Shown here piece by piece: positions 14,230-26,947 of a DNA stretch of 58,237 bases. Under the pieces are notes generated by a model that did no database searches, was not told where the DNA came from, and saw only the letters and a list, made by a program, of their open reading frames with translations. This stretch comes from Hyphochytrium catenoides. Lineage: Eukaryota; Protista; Hyphochytriomycota. Where the stretch lies: contig FLMG01002222.1 of the NCBI GenBank assembly GCA_900088475.1, positions 1 to 58,237 of the forward strand, given 5' to 3'. Position 1 is the first letter of the stretch, and each line of letters starts with the position of its first letter. Position numbers and translations under genes: made by a program.

Positions 14230-14910
14230 CTACGATAGGGATCCACGCCTGGACGTAAATTGCTTGCTTTCCCTTTTTCCTTCGTTGACGGTCACGTCCC
14301 TCGGGTCCTCCGTGGCCGTACCAGTTGCCTCCCTCCGTTTAACGCCTTCCATTTGTCCTGCAGGATTGTAGCTCATCAGGGAAAGAGCCATAAGAGCTGC
14401 ACCGTTGGCCATGCAGGTCGCTAGACTCCTACCGCTATCTTCATAAGAAGAACTCTTCCTTGTCCTCTGCCGTAGCAAGGCGTCAACTTCCTTCTCAAGC
14501 TCCAACCGTCCTATTAGAGCCGATGTCTCCTGTCGCTCAGGTCATGAAAGCTCTGGCTCGGACCTTTCATCTGCGCGATTGTCCTCGTGGGGCATTCAGA
14601 GGAGTGCCCTCTGGCCTCGTCACCTTCCGCCCTCTGTTCATTTCTGCAGTCTCCGTCTCCATGTGGCTCTCTTCGTCAACAATCGTCTCTTCTCTATCTA
14701 TCTCTTGCGCTCTCGTCGCTGCTGCTGCTCTTCTCTCCCATCTTTCTCTCTTTTTCTGACCTTGTGGCCCTTTGATGGCTGCTCCTGTGGCCTATCCTAT
14801 CAAGTGCCCAACTGGAGCTTCGGACTCTGCCGCTTCATCATCATCAGAACCCCATCGATTGGGGGAGGCCTCCGCCCCTTGATGTGTCGGCGCTTGTGCC
14901 TAAGAGTTAA
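14230..14910 (-). pseudogene. Decayed gene fragment
   Basis: Exon-like frames with splice signals: AQAPTHQGAEASPNRWGSDDDEAAESEAPVGHLIG*ATGAAIK... and ...ERSEPELS*PERQETSALIGRLELEKEVDALLRQR. Contains in-frame stops and a frame change. Confidence 0.35.
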
Positions 14911-15019
14911 CGTGAGGGTGAGTACCGTCCACCTAAGGAAAGGAAGCTTGTTCTGATGCTGTTGTACTCGTAACACAAGTCTAGCTTTTGTTTTGGAAAG
15001 AGATCCTCCCTCCTCCCTG

Positions 15020-15021
<2 letters not shown>

Positions 15022-15059
<38 letters not shown>

Positions 15060-15200
15060 NNNNNNNNNNNNNNNNNNNNNNNNNNNNNNNNNNNNNNNNN
15101 NTCTCTTCTCTCTCTCTCTCTCTCCCTCTCTCCCTCTCTCTCCCTCCCCCTTTTCTCTTCCTGTCACTCTGTCACTCTGCCTCTCTCTCTGTCTCTGTCT
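15022..15200. repeat. (CT)n microsatellite containing a 42-N gap (15060-15101)
   Basis: CT run flanking the N block. Confidence 0.95.
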
Positions 15201-15540
15201 CTCTGTCTCCGTATCTGTCCCTTCTCTATCTGATCTTCATTCTAAGAAACGATCTGCTTGACAAGACCTGCAGCTCTTGAAGAGAGCTCAGCCCTTTCCT
15301 TGCCTTGGGCCCGGCTCTGGTGAAGGTTGAACCGCCAGCAGCTCAAGGAGAAAGCGAAAAGGATGAAGACAGCCCTTTGAACCCTTTTCTTTATAGAAAG
15401 TGACAGGAAGAGACAGGCTCTTTGCCGCATGGCCGTCAGTATGAGACCTGCAGGTAGGACGATTGAGGGAGGCAGAAGAAGTTGGGAGAGAGCCAAGGAA
15501 AGTAGAGAAGAAGTTAGAAGGTCAGCAGTCAGGGCGGAGA

Positions 15541-15543
<3 letters not shown>

Positions 15544-15602
<59 letters not shown>
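15544..15602. repeat. (AG)n microsatellite upstream of MARCH6
   Basis: Perfect AG run of ~58 bp. Confidence 0.95.
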
Positions 15603-15603
<1 letters not shown>

Positions 15604-15693
15604 AGGCTACCCAGAAGGAGAGTTCCCAGACAAGGTCTAAAAAGGAGAAAAGAGAGATAAGACTTTGAGAGCTGGGAGACTGATCAGCTCTGA

Positions 15694-18600
15694 ATGCCAG
15701 GACTGGAGTCTGGGAGAAGGGACCCTGACGGCCAAATTCTGGAGCTTATCTCAACCTTACGTCAGCTCAGCCTTGCAGACAAAGCAGAGGAGCACTTGGG
15801 AGAGAGAGAGTGTCGCGTCTGCAGAGGGTAAGAGAGACGGCCAACCTGGGACTGCCCTGTAGATCTATCGCTCTCCCTCTTGACTTGCTTCCTTTGGGCC
15901 TCTTCCTTCTCTCCATTTGCATATCTTACTCTCTTATCTAGTCCTTCTCGGACCATCCCGCCCTAATCCTAATCCTCTCACCAGCGAGGAAGAAGAGGAT
16001 CGGCCCTTGTTCTATCCCTGCCGTTGCAGTGGAAGCATCAGATTCGTACACGAAGACTGTCTAAGGGACTGGCTGAGGATTTCTAACCAGAGGCAGGTAA
16101 CTGGTCAACGTCTCCTGCCAGTCTCGCTCTGTCGCTGTCTCTTCTCTCTCTGTCTCTCTCCCTGTCTTTTCTCTAGGTCTCTCTCCCTGTCTCTCTCTCT
16201 CTCTGTGTCTCTCTCTCTCTCTCTTGCTTGTCATCATCTTACTTCTCGTCACGTCACTCTCCTGCCTCTTAAATATCGTGGTTTATCCGACACAGTGCGA
16301 GGTTTGCAAGCATCTCTTTGTCTTTGCCCCTGTGGATGGAGACGAAGCAGCTCCTAGTGTCTCAACGATAGACGTGCTTAGGACAGTGTGCCTAGAGCTG
16401 AGGAGAAACGCTTTGAGGGCCGCAAGTCTCTTCCTTCTTCTGTCTCTCTACTTGATCTTGCTCCCCCTTGTCTCTGCCGCTGCGCTGCGCTTCTCTTTCT
16501 CTAGCTCGTTAGAGGCAGGACGGCAATATGTACTCTCCCTTTCTTCCCCGCGGTTTCTTATCCCGCAACTCTGCCTGGGAAACCTCATCAACGGATCCAT
16601 CTTGATTGCTTCGGTCTTTCTCTGTCAGATCAAAGCTCACCTGCCGGGCAATGCCAATCCTCAAAGAGAAGGAAGGATGTTGGAAGACGAGAGAGGCGGC
16701 GCGGACCTTGATGACCGACGAGGAGAGATAGAGAGGGAGGCGGGCCCTCTCGTTCTTCTTCTGGATGATGTCCGCATGGCGGAAGAGAGGGAGGACATTG
16801 GGGCGCTGCTCTCCTTTTCTATGCAGTACATGGCACATAATCTCCTTGTCATAATCCTCTTTGTCTCTCTTCCGTATCAAACCGGAGAATTAGTGCTCAG
16901 GTTCTTGCCCATCAAATCCTCTTTTCTGGGACACAGTGTGGAAGAGGCGAAGGGCAAGATAGTCGACCTTTTCTCTCGCGGGGGACTCGAGTTGCTGCGT
17001 GAGTCTCTTATTTCTACGCTCTATGGCAGCCTTCAGACATTCTTGGCGGGGTACTCGATACTCTTGGTCTGTGGGCTCATACTGGGCGTAGGCGTAGTTT
17101 GGGCACGATCGCCTGCATCGGAGCTCGAAAGAGAAGCTAGGGAACAGGTATGAACTACGTCGGAGTTCGCATTTTCGCCCTTAGTAAGTATAAGTTTGCG
17201 TCCTTTCCTTGTGTGAACCAGCATCAGTGTCTCGCTTTCAGCTCTCTTCTCCTCTCTAATGCCTCACATTCTCGGCGCGTAGTAATGCTTCATGCATGCT
17301 CACCACTTTGACATTCTCTTTGCTGCTTAGCTCTAATCTTCTTGGCGTCTGTACCTAGGTGCTTAGATTTGGCCGGGCAGGGTTAGCCATTGGCCGCCTC
17401 CTTACCCTTGCTCTTTTAGAGTTTGGTTTCTTTCCCTGGGTATATGGAGGCGTGCTACAGCTAGCGATCAAGGGCTTTAGCTGGCGGGGAGCCACTGCCA
17501 ATGTGCGTTCCAGATATCTCTTTATTGCCACCTTGCTATTCAGTTGTCTCCTTTGATGCTCTAAATGCCAATCATAAGCTATAGCGGTCCAAGCCGTCCT
17601 ACATTCCTTTCCCGTCGTTGTCCCCTTCTCTCTCTTTATCTCCACGTAGCTCTCTGGTTAACTCTCATCGTTTTTGCCTATATCTCCGCGACAACTCTTG
17701 CAAACTCTCCTTTTGAGGGTAGTTGGTGTAGCTACAGCTGATAGTCCTTAAAAGCCGTACCGAGTCCTGGCAAGATTTCTTATTCTCCGACTGGCGTTTC
17801 TCACTCTGCGCCCTCCGTACTGCTCAGACATTGATCCTACTTTCAGTAGCCCGGTGGCTGGCAGGGCTGGCTGCAAGCTTCCTCTCGTACATGTTTCTCC
17901 TTCTACTTAGATCGAGACTCCGCAAGGGAACTTTTATGGGTAAGGTGGGAGAAGAAAAAATTGAAAGGGAACCGCTTTGTTGATGTCACACTTATAAGAA
18001 ACTATTCACGCTTTCTCTTGATTCTTCTCTCGTTCTCGGTCGTTCTCGTCCTGGGCATCTGATTCTTTGCTTTGTAGATATCTTCTCCATACCTAGAGCA
18101 GGAGAAGAGGCACAGAGCCTGCAAGCGGTTTTGTCCGCTCCATTCGCTCTCGCCCTCTTGCGGAGCTTTGGCGCATTCTTTTTGCAGTTGACGGTCGTCT
18201 TTGCCTTGGGGACAACACCATTCCTTTGCCTGGTCTGGTACCTTCGCCATTTTGCGCCACCGCTGGTCTTCTCCGATCTTCCAGAGCCGTCTTTCTCCGC
18301 GGTGGTCTTGCGGATTTTTGTCCTTCAAGTAAGATCCAAGAAGTCTATCTTTCGTTTGTCTTCCCATTTGACACGGCTGTTAGCATCTTTTACGCATCTG
18401 ACAGCCCCACTCGCGTGCTTGTCTTCCATCACGTTCGTTAGTTCTTGCTGCAGTCAACTCGTGGGTCCTGCTGCCCCTTCCGTTGCTGCTGCCCCTTCGG
18501 TTGCTGCTTGGATTTACTTACTTTGACCGGTGGCCTCACTCTCGCTAAAACCACTTGCTCATAGGCTCCGCTGCCCTTCTCGGTCATACTCCTCAATGTC

Positions 18601-19867
18601 TACCTCCAGTTCTGTGTAAAGTATCTGGAGCTTAAGACCAAGTTGCAAGGTGGCCCTGAGTGGAGTCTTAGATGCGCTAGTGCTCTCCAATCAGACAACT
18701 TTCTAAGGGAAGAGGGGGAGGAATCTGAGGTATGGCACTCAGTCTCTCTCTGTCCGTCTCTCGTTTCTCATTCTTTCTCCGCATTCTCTCTCCATGTCTG
18801 CGCCTTCCCTCACCCCTTACACTTAGGTGTAGTGTGACTCAACAAGAAACTATTCTATTGTCTCAGCTCTTTAGAGCACCCGTGCGCTGAACTTCGATAC
18901 CTATTTTGCCTCCCATAGAGGGTCCTCCTCCACGTTATATCGTACTGTCCTCTGCTATCCCTCCTCTTACATTATCCCCTGTTGGGCGGCCTTGTCGTCT
19001 CTATATGACTATCAGGCTGCCGACCATCAGGAGCCTGTGCCCTACTCCCCGCTCCGGCTTATTCTCTTTTTGGCATCGGTCATGCTTCCTTGCGCGGGAT
19101 TAGCAATTTTTTTCTTGGTCTCACCTATCGTTGTCGGAAGGGCAGTTTTGCAGTGCTCATCACTGACCGTAGAGAACCTGCTCCTCACCTTCATCCTGGG
19201 TGTTACCCTTCTTAATGGCTTGTGGAGCCTAGCTTGCTTTCTCTTTCTGCCTGAGCAGAGAAGGAAAGAAGTCCTACAGAGCTCGCTGATATGGGCCAAG
19301 CAGGCGTCCAAGTTTGCTGTTGTCCTCTTATCTTGGTACGGTTGCATCGGGCTCCTTGTGGGCTTATTCTTAGACCTCAACCTTATCGCTCCCGTTCGAG
19401 GGTCTATCCACCAGAGACCAGTGTTTGTCCCGTTACAAAGGCTTATGCTAGGGGTCTTGGCGCTTGCAACCTGGGAAACCGCGGTGATCAGCGGGATGTT
19501 TGGGCGGGCCCACCCTTGGGTCCAGCGACTAGAAAGGTTGGAAAGGCATGGTTTGGAGAGAGCTGACATTGCATGGACACTTCGAACGCTCGTGATACCT
19601 GCCTTCCTTTTTCTATGTGATTCCATTGCCATCCCTCTCGTTCTCTCCGGACTCTTCTCTCATTATCTTGAGGTAACACATGCAGACGAGAGCCTGACCA
19701 GAAGTATGGTCCATCGTTACTCGTTCCCATTCTTCACCATACTCCGATTGGCGCTTTGGGCTGTGGGAGAAGGGGCAAAAAGTTACCGGAATCTGCTGCA
19801 GCAGATTCGTGAGGAGAGAGGCGGACCACCACAACGTCTCGTGAACCTGGGTGAGCAGTATGGGTGA
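15694..19867 (+). CDS. MARCH6: MARCH6/Doa10-like RING-CH (RINGv) multi-pass membrane E3 ubiquitin ligase, ~8 exons
   Basis: Spliced N-terminal RINGv: ECRVCRG|[37 protein letters not shown]|CEVCK. It is followed by many TM segments, LEFGFFPW, and a C-terminal ...LLQQIREER...RLVNL typical of Doa10/MARCH6. Confidence 0.88.
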
Positions 19868-20157
19868 TTACTATGTCCAAGAAGGACCATAGTTGATTGT
19901 AGCTTGACATGATCATGTTCACAGCGAAGCCAAAGAGAGACAAAGTAAAGAGAGAGAGAGAGTTTTTAAAGACAGGAATAGCCTCATCACTATTTATAAT
20001 GGCGCCGCGCCTTTAGTTAACAACTGTACATAGAGGCAAGCAATCAGCATGAGAATGAATATAAATAGATGTCCCTTCCGGCCCCTTGCCATCTACTTTT
20101 ATACCAGCAGGCAGTGGCAGATACCCCACAGGTCTTGAACCTGGATGTACGCAGAGG

Positions 20158-23100
20158 TCAAACTGTCTCTGCAAGTAACAATTGAAGCATTGTTCTCGCA
20201 CTGCTGCTCCATTCTCTATCTTGTCCTGACTCCTTCAATAATCTCATTCTCTGCCTGACGGTCTTCGCGTCCAACAAGGCCCTCTCTTGCCACGCTGCCT
20301 GCTCACTTCTTATCTTGTGTTCTGTTCGCCGTCTTAAGTGCAGGACATATTGCCAAAGGAGGGAGAGAAGAGTCACGCGGAGGGACTCTTGCAGGGTCTG
20401 AGCTATCAGAAACAGTCCTCTCCAGGCTAGTTGCTGATACCTTGAGAACAGAGATGCCTCTTCGATGCCTTCACTGCACAATCGAACCACTATAACGAGG
20501 AAGGGTGACTCGGTATACCTCTTTCCTCCGTCGAACCCACCGTACGCTTCGAACTCCCCCTGCTGGTCTAAGGCGGAGAAGGCCTCTAAAAGAACACATC
20601 GACAGCCCTCAGAATTTAGAGATCCAACACGGACGAGAAGCTCTGTCAGGGTATCAAGGGAGGGAGAGAAAGGGACTTCTTGCTCTTCTCTTCGTTCCCA
20701 AGCTGTGTGGAGGAAGATCGAGAGCTGGGAAACAACAGGTTTGGTCAAAGCGGGTACAAGGCCAAGAATTTGTTGGAGACAGAGAGTGTGCAGCTCCCTC
20801 ATCTTGTTCTCCTCCTTTTGATCCAGAGAGGCTGCTGAAGAGGCAAAAAGAACTCGCTGAGGGTCAAATACATCCGCTATGGCCTCTGCAAGTTGCTCTA
20901 GAGGTCCCACAGGACCTTCCTGACTGATGGAAGAAGAGGAAAGCGGGGCAACTCCAGCAGCTTCTAACCCTCTCGTCAGAAACAAAATGAACTCCACAAG
21001 GTTCTCTCTTTGTCCGAGACGTTCACTTTGGGAGGAAGATGGAGACTCCGACCTAAAGGCCACACGAAGGGCATAAGCCAGCGAAGCGCCTGCTTCGCGT
21101 ATCAACGCTAAGCGAATATTGCCCGCTTCCGACGATGGAAGCTCAGAGATCTACAGGTAGCAAGCATTAAAGAGGTCCATGAGAACTCAAAAAGCTACAA
21201 AGATTAGTTGGGAAAAGCCTTGAACTTGAAAGGGATCATAATCAAAAGCAGAAAGGGAACTGGAGAGAGAAAGGAAGGTTAGAGCCTATGGCAGGTGGAA
21301 AAGCGACTTCACTAAGACTAAAAGCCAATTCAAATGATGAGCTTAGGTAGCATCTTACCACTTGTCGTACTAGCCCCAACGTACTACGGAGAATGGCAGG
21401 TCCTCGACCGAACAGACCCTTCGCTCTTTCTTCAGTCGCTGACTTTTGAGGCCTGAAAAATAGAGGGGAAATCCCGTTTGGTACAGCGGATGTAGTAGTT
21501 GAGATAGCGGCTCGAACAACATCAGAGAAGTCCGTTCCTATCATAGTCCCTCCGTCATGTGCTCCATGATGCCTAAAGCTGGCTTGCATAATTTCTCTTA
21601 GGAAAGGAAGGCACATTGAGCCAAGGGCAGAGTCACCCTCCCAATGTTCGTCTTCCTCCGATACCAGTAGCCAGATGAGATCCTTACTATAGCGTCCTCG
21701 CTTTGTGGTCAGTGAACGGTGTAGAAAGTCCAGCTTCACCCGTAAACCTCTGTTAGCGAGTTGAAGCAGCTTCTCCACTAAAAGCTTAGCGGAAGGAAGA
21801 GTCTTTGCCCTGACGCAGGATAGGGCGAGACTGCAATGTAAAGACCATGGAAGGCGAACAAGAAGCTCCTCGTCTTTCCACGCATTTTTCCAAGCTCTCA
21901 GCGCTCCATCAACGACATCTACAGGACAGCCAGAAAGGAGCCGAAACAAGGTATCTAGTCGCTTGCCCAATCTTTCGACAGACCTATGTACAGTCCACAA
22001 GTCTTCCGGTAGCACTTCCAGGGCAGCCGAAGTCTCATCTTCATCCGCTCGAGCAATTGCTGGCATCGACGGAAACAGCACTGGGTACTCTTTCTCTAGC
22101 GCATATTCCCAGATGGCAAGAGCATTGCCATCAGAAGCGTTCCAGTCTCGAAAGAGAGTGCCCATCAGAAGCTCAAAAAGCATGGTTGCCTCATCCTCAG
22201 AGCGCTCTGAGGTTTCCACTGAGCGCCAAATTCCTTGACTCTCCTCAACGTAGAAAGAGTCTAAAGCGAAGGGATAGAAACCCTGAACCTCTCGAACAAT
22301 CAGCCAAAATGGATGATAGGATGGCGGAGTGGTGCTTTTGGCGGAGAGGAAGCGTGAGAGCATGGACTGGGAGACAGAGGGTGGTGCCTTCTTCAGATAG
22401 AGTGGGAGCAGACCCTTAGTACTCTCCCACAGCCGGGAATCCCAAGCTTCCAACAGTCGCTCGGTAATCCGAGCTATGGTTAATAAAAGAATGTGTCCAG
22501 CTTTGTCTCCTTTTTCCTCCATTTGGAGCTCTCCACCTGCAGCCTGAACCACTCCGCAAAGTTGCTGCACTCCATTGGGCAACTCCCAGTCCTTGGATGG
22601 GGGAGAGCTCTTCTCCTCCTCTTCACCGCCCCCTGTAAGAGAGGCTATGGAGAAGTGAGAGGTTCTTTTCTTTTGAGCTGGGGGTTTACTACTTAGCAGG
22701 TTATCGACCAAGAACTGCACCAGCTCTGAAGGAGCGTCAATGAGGCAGGCGGAGAGCCAAGGCGAAAGAGGCAGAGATGAAGAGGTGTTCTTCTCCACTA
22801 GCATCTTCATCAAGTCCTTGCAAACTTGCTGATAGGAGGTTATCACTGTTGCGTCCTCAGAGGCAAACGACACAGACAACGAGGATGGCGGATAGTGGCG
22901 GAATAGGTTGATAAAGGCGTGTAAAGGAGAGGATTTAGGATCAATCTTGGCTCTATCTCCGCCTTGCACCAATTTCTGGATTAGCGGAACCATGATGAAG
23001 TCAGCCATCTGCACGAGAGGAGCTTCGTCAATATCAAGCAAAGAAAGGAACATGGGGCAACTTAGGAGGAAATAAGTTGAGTGATCTAAGAGTAGGAAAG

Positions 23101-24192
23101 CAGATGGAGGCGAAGAAGAGGATACAGCGGTGGCTGAGCTCTCTCTTTGAAAGGCCGAGGAAAGTTGAGACTTCAGGAGCTCGACTAGCAGAGGAGCTCC
23201 TTTCATAGGACAAGCAGTACCAGCCACTGTGATAGCCAGCGGGGCAAAGCACCAAGAGCGATATGCCCGAAGAGAGAGTAACAACTAAGAGAGAGAACTA
23301 CCAAGGAGAATTCTAGCGTTTAATGGAGGGAGGCGGCCCTGGAAGATGACTCGCATACCAAATCTCAATGAGTGGATAGTTCTATGGGATAGAGTGGGAA
23401 CTGTTTTTACCTCTGGCCGGTGCAGGATGAAGCAAGCCAGGATGTCGTCAAGGAGCATCACGTGGGGACTCGGATAGAACTGGCTGATTACAGAGTTCAG
23501 CTCGCTTCCAAAGTGAGAGCTAACACTTGCAATTCGAATCCAGTTCTGCACATGAGCTTGAACTACCGTGATTTTGGACTCTAAGGAGGCATTGGTCTCC
23601 GCAGTTATTGCCGAAGGCGCGAGTTTATCCGGATCCAACTTGCTGAGCATGCCATCGGTTTGCTTTTTGCTCTCACGTTTCCTACTTCTGGCAGCTCTGG
23701 CAGATACCGTCGATGTAACCTCCGTTCTATCAGTGTCTCCTTCAACCTCTTTTCCAACGAGAGGGCCATTCGGGCCATCGGCAGTCCCCCAGTAGAGGTC
23801 AAAGAGCGTCAAGCTCGTGGCGTCACTAGTGCTTTGCTGCTCTGGGATAGGAGTTGTGGATCGTGGGGCGACATCCTCGCCTTTACTAGCTGGGCTTGTT
23901 ATCTATAATGTTGGAATCAGTGACCCAATGAAATGTAAGAGAAAGGAGTTAGTAGCAGAGTACGACTGCATGATGTAAAGAACCTTACAATCTCGCTTTT
24001 CACTTCAGAAGGATCAGCTCCGGCCACCACGGTGGTATTCGCAGATTTCTTTTGTGCAGGAGAAGGAAGACCAGGAGCCGGAACCTCAACTTCGTCAGTG
24101 TCCTTCTTCTTGGGTGGCCTTCCCCGTTTCCTTTTAATGGGAGGTTCAGCGGCCTGATCCTGTGGCACCTCCCGCTTGAGTTTACCCTTCAT
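20158..24192 (-). CDS. Orphan ~1,200-aa protein with N-terminal AT-hook and long alpha-helical body; 4 exons (24192-23989, 23902-23359, 23226-21359, 21150-20158)
   Basis: KRKRGRPPKKK AT-hook. Three phase-consistent GT-AG introns join the 91/175/680/315-aa ORFs. An additional upstream exon cannot be excluded. Confidence 0.8.
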
Positions 24193-25085
24193 CCTATTAA
24201 AGCTCCCGTAAACCTGCTCATGTCAGACAGAACATGCTCCCTTCAACATACACCAAACTCTGTATAGTTTAGGATTATGTGGCACCCTATGCGATGACAA
24301 AGAGTGCGTTCAACAGTCAGTGCCGTCTTCGTGTCGGCACCAGCACTGATCATCATCCGGCCAAGAAGCTTCATCACAAGCACTCATCTTCATTATGAAA
24401 GATCGTCTGCATCTGGAAAAAGCAAATCTGTAGTCTAAATTTTCTCTCATTGATAACCTGAGCATTGATTCAACTAAACGATAACTGGATTGCATATCGG
24501 TCCAATTGTAATCTTGAAGGTGAAGGATGACTCTTTGAGTAACGGACGACGAAGACTCATCTGCAGTCCTCGTTCAGGGTTGATAACAAACAGGCAAACA
24601 GGCAGAGGGCACTCTCCTCAGACAAGTTCGCAGTCAAAGGTTATCCCACTTGTCAGTTCATCTCTATCTCTTGCTTCGTCATTTCGGTGGAGGGTAATTA
24701 TTAGCAGAGCTGCGCTGCGTTTTATGCTGCCGAGTTGTGGGGTTCTGAAGCTGTGTGAGCCCTTGATAAGGGCATGCGGAGTCTCAAGGTGAACATAATT
24801 GTCTCAGATTAACATGAAGTCCCAGATATGCTGCCTTTTTTTCAGACATAATAATTATGGCGTTACGCAATAGATTAGAGTATCTTTCCCAGACCTATCT
24901 ATAGGACATTTATGGGAGAAAGCTGCTTCTTTGCTCGCTCTGTGGACCTTGTGTAGCACAGCTAATCAGGTGTGCAATAATCCAAATAAGTGGTTGTTTT
25001 CCCTCGACTGGTGGCTTCCAGCTGCACACGCTCGAAGATCTATTATGTGCACAGCTGGAGGCAACAGGTTACGTGAATATAACTC

Positions 25086-26780
25086 TTAGGCCCCCATCGT
25101 GGGCTGAGCCATCGACATGTTGCTGATGGAAGACTCTTTATCCGCCAACATACTACTGACCGATGCTCGACTGTACCCGGTTTTCATGTGATGGCCCAGC
25201 TTAGGCTTCTTTTGCGTCTTGGAAGGAGTAGGCAGATCTGGAATTCTGTCATCCGGAAGGGGACAGAAGGTGTCTAGGGTAAAGTTCATGTTTGGGGAAC
25301 TTGGAGAGACGAGCTTATCTGGAAAATTAAACATAAGGTCGTCATTTGCAATGTCCAGCATGTTTAGCATGTTCTTCGATGGGTAGCCTCTAGGAGTCAT
25401 GCCAGTTTTTCTCATAAAGTAATGAGCTTCAGAAAAGCCTGCCAGGCTGCTTTCCGGCATATGGCAGTGGTTGCCACCAGCGTTGTCCGCACCCATTTTC
25501 TCATCATGAGCATGAGCACTTGCTGACGCGTACAAAGATGTAAAGGGAAGAGGGTCGAGCTCTACCATCTCGTAAGGTGGCCCCTCAAATAGGTGGGGCC
25601 TTCTTGGGGAGAGTAGAGAAAACCGGGGAGAGGCTTCCAACATTGGGATACCCGACATCTGTGAGAACATGAATTTCTGCTGCATCATCTGATGAGTCCT
25701 TTCCATTCTCGGCGCGCTCACGAATGGCTTGGCTTGGAACTTCTCCTTCTGCATCTCTTTTCTAGGAGGAATGTAGTTTGGCTGAGCGGGCTTTGCCAAA
25801 GGAGAAAAGATACCGTGGATCTTCATATGGCGAGTGAGATTGCCCTGGGTGCTAAACTTCTTACCACAATCAGGCAGTGAGCACTGGAATGGTCTAGCTC
25901 CAGTGTGAGTCTGCATGTGTCGCGAAAGCTTCCCGTTGCTAGCAAACTTCTTGCCACAGCCATCAATAGGGCAGCAGAAGGGTTTAGCACCCGTGTGCAT
26001 GCGCTTATGCCGTGCAAGGTTTCCTGAAGTGCTGAATCTTTTGCCACATCCTGCCTCTGGGCAAGCGTAAGGTCTAGCCCCGGTATGCGTTTTCATGTGC
26101 TCGCTGAGCGTAAACCTGCGATTGAAACGCTTTGCACAACCCGGCTCGGGGCACGCAAAAGGCCTATCAGGGTTAAGGAGGTTCTTCATTCTATCGCTGA
26201 CATCTTTTGAGTCTTTTGGCCCGCTAGATATCTTTTTCCCGAGAGTTAGAGGTGAATGGGTCGCTGCTTTCGAGTTCATCCCTGCCTGCAGAGGGGTGCT
26301 GGTGCCGACCACGTGAGTGGACCCAGCTGATAGCGCAGCCGAGTGCTGTGCTGGCCTAAGAGATCCTTTCTCGCCGTGAGGCGCGAAGGATGGCCGTATG
26401 CTACTATTGTCAAGTCCAGGACCAGATGATGCCATGGTTTCAATGAGAACTGGATAATCCACCGCAAGATGTGTCTCCAATCTGCGGCAAATGGGACTAG
26501 GGCGCACGCTTGATGGAAGTTTAGTTGTGAGTGCACCGAAGGCTTGAAGTTCATCTACGGACGTCAGGCTCGATGGTACTACGGCTTGGTGGCCTAGCAG
26601 GACACGCTTTTCACACTTGAACCGACAGAGAGCCAGGAAGCCGAGGCTGGAAGCGGCAGCGCTGCTTGCCATCAAACCTCGGCCCTGTAACCTGTTTGAC
26701 CAGCAAGAATGCCCCACACTTTCGCCCCTCAACAAGGTTGAACCTTGAAAAGAACTGTAACAAACGGACGAAAGATTCAT
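25086..26780 (-). CDS. C2H2 zinc-finger transcription factor (4 fingers, TGARP/TGAKP linkers); true start may be Met at 26435
   Basis: CPEPGCAKRFNRRFTLSEHMKTH, CPEAGCGKRFSTSGNLARHKRMH, CPIDGCGKKFASNGKLSRHMQTH, CSLPDCGKKFSTQGNLTRHMKIH. Confidence 0.92.
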   Translation of the reverse strand: MNLSSVCYSSFQGSTLLRGESVGHSCWSNRLQGRGLMASSAAASSLGFLALCRFKCEKRVLLGHQAVVPSSLTSVDELQAFGALTTKLPSSVRPSPICRRLETHLAVDYPVLIETMASSGPGLDNSSIRPSFAPHGEKGSLRPAQHSAALSAGSTHVVGTSTPLQAGMNSKAATHSPLTLGKKISSGPKDSKDVSDRMKNLLNPDRPFACPEPGCAKRFNRRFTLSEHMKTHTGARPYACPEAGCGKRFSTSGNLARHKRMHTGAKPFCCPIDGCGKKFASNGKLSRHMQTHTGARPFQCSLPDCGKKFSTQGNLTRHMKIHGIFSPLAKPAQPNYIPPRKEMQKEKFQAKPFVSAPRMERTHQMMQQKFMFSQMSGIPMLEASPRFSLLSPRRPHLFEGPPYEMVELDPLPFTSLYASASAHAHDEKMGADNAGGNHCHMPESSLAGFSEAHYFMRKTGMTPRGYPSKNMLNMLDIANDDLMFNFPDKLVSPSSPNMNFTLDTFCPLPDDRIPDLPTPSKTQKKPKLGHHMKTGYSRASVSSMLADKESSISNMSMAQPTMGA

Positions 26781-26888
26781 TTTTTGGGGTGTACTTCTAT
26801 TTTCTAAGGAAAGAAGCTTTCCCGTCTATTTGAGCTTTGATAAAAGTTCATCTGAAGCCTGGAGCTAACCTCACCTTTCTGTCCTTCG

Positions 26889-26947
26889 GCCAATAGAATC
26901 CACACCTGGTCCGCACCTTAACCAATCGGATTCGAGTATTCCCATTG
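26889..26947. promoter_or_regulatory. Cluster of CCAAT boxes upstream of the zinc-finger gene
   Basis: GGCCAATAG (~26889), AACCAATCG (~26920) and CCATTGG (~26942) lie within 170 bp of the ORF start. Confidence 0.35.
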
